DNA of 64,000 nucleotides from contig NC_134030.1 in NCBI RefSeq assembly GCF_964204645.1, positions 4,630,778 through 4,694,777 of the forward strand, read 5' to 3'. Below, in pieces: positions 62,489 through 64,000 of this stretch. Position 1 is the first letter of the stretch; every line of letters starts with the position of its first letter. The position numbers and the translations under genes are program-made. The notes beneath the pieces were generated by a model. The model did no database searches. It saw only the letters and a list, made by a program, of their open reading frames with translations, and had not been told where the DNA came from. Origin of the DNA: Tubulanus polymorphus. Its lineage: Eukaryota; Animalia; Nemertea.

Positions 62489-62914
62489 ATGAAAAACGTT
62501 GTTATTTTCGTCACCGTCATGCTACTCATCCACGTTCAAATTTCTTTTTCTGATGCCTCGGTGTTCGATCATTTATTTATCATTTCTCGCACCCAGAGAA
62601 ATGTGACAGCAAGAGATGCGCTGCCACAGTATTGTTTCAGTGCGTATCGACGGTCGGGATTGATAGCAATATCCATCTACCAATAGCACGTCCATTTCCT
62701 GTTGTACAATGTACTTGTCGATTTCCTTTCGATGAATCTTTTCAGAGACTGTGTGTACTGGTGGCTCGTGACCTTGCGACCGTTTCGAAACATTCTTTTC
62801 ATAAATATTAGAATAAAGAACATCGGAACTGCTCAAAAACGATTTTCTTCGCGCATCAATTTTCGTGTACGGAAACTTAACCCGTGCATGACGACTTCGC
62901 CCTCAGATCAATGA
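62489..62914 (+). CDS. Possible small secreted protein (two exons, ~110 aa)
   Basis: Signal-peptide-like MKNVVIFVTVMLLIHVQISFS. ORFs 62489-62686 and 62702-62914 are in the same frame and can be joined by a 93-nt intron 62653-62745 (weak donor CG|GTCGGG, acceptor cttttcag). Confidence 0.35.
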
Positions 62915-63523
62915 TCGAAAGGAATCGACAGACTTATTTTAAGTTCATTTTAGCCCGGTCGATAGATATTCCAATTTACTTCGCCGAAAACATAGCCTAT
63001 ACGCTGTCTGATTTGCTCTGACGGATAACTAAATTATGGTCTCGCATCAACACAACAATCGTTCCACGGAACCCCGAGGCGTTGCTTTTCCGATTCGCTC
63101 AAATAGAAAGTGTTCTGAAATGAGTTCCGATACGGCTTTTAGTCGATGAACGATTTTTTCATCATCAAATACTTAATTAATTTCCTTAATCATGACTGCA
63201 TGCATCAAACGACTAATTAGTTTTCGGTTCAGTCGACATATCTGCAAGCAGGTGTAGGGATCTTCCCGATTAACTAATGACTCTTTCTTGACGTGAAGAT
63301 GGGTGATTTGCTTCACATTTCAGACATATACCTCAAGTACGGAAGCGTCCTGGGGACATGAGATAAATAAATATGTTCGGAATTTATTCTGACATAATAT
63401 CTCGGAATAAAATCGCCAAACTTTCTAACTTAATCGAAATGCCTTTTTTTCTGACATATTACTTTGTTAAAATTAGTTCTAATTCGTAGGATGGTATCTT
63501 GGAATGAAATATTCAACATTAAA

Positions 63524-63682
<159 letters not shown>

Positions 63683-64000
63683 AACCTTATCGATCACTCG
63701 CATAGAAGAAGTACTAGTTCGGTAAAAATCTATATCTATACTTTGGTAAACAATACACGCAACTTTGTCGATCACTTCGTTTGAAAGGGATTTATACTAG
63801 AAGAGTTAACCAGGTACATTCCGTAAATTTTCTCATTTATGCAATTCTCAAGATACATGCATACACTCAACTCTCATCAGGATATTCAGTGAACTTGTCG
63901 TAAAATATCGTTCATTTCCTTTTCGACCACATACAAAGGCAATTACTCCTAACCAGGGTGATGGATATCGTTATTTCATGCTCGGTAAATCATTATTTAT

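Overview
Eukaryotic, intron-rich, AT-rich invertebrate genomic DNA; short GT-AG introns and the gene content suggest a lophotrochozoan (inference). Hand-built gene models, 5' to 3': a partial sphingolipid delta-4 desaturase (DEGS-like, -, missed by the ORF track); an MS4A/CD20-like tetraspan (+); an SLC16/MCT transporter (+, 6 exons); PSMB3 (-, 6 exons, 205 aa); two tandem secreted double-PAN/apple-like genes (-); two tandem intronless FMRFamide-receptor-like class A GPCRs (-, one frameshifted); a divergent Gs-class G-alpha (+, 11 exons, 451 aa); a secreted NtA-TSP1-TSPN-RGD-EGFx3-EMI-like mosaic protein (+, 11 exons); a secreted protein with a possible DUF4430/transcobalamin-C-like domain (+); a 3-Ig, probably GPI-anchored protein (-, 10 exons); and a possible small secreted protein. 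Repeats include a Mutator-type MITE family with 9-bp TSDs, a Tc1/pogo MITE, other MITEs, a Penelope-like remnant with a minimal hammerhead motif, a ~220-bp foldback and long (TA)n arrays. The best candidate for an undescribed system is the 18.8-42.4 kb block. It holds duplicated secreted precursors with divergent, apparently cleavable C-terminal peptides, duplicated peptide-type GPCRs, and an atypical G-alpha-s paralog carrying an insertion with PKA-type sites. The functional link between these genes is a hypothesis only.
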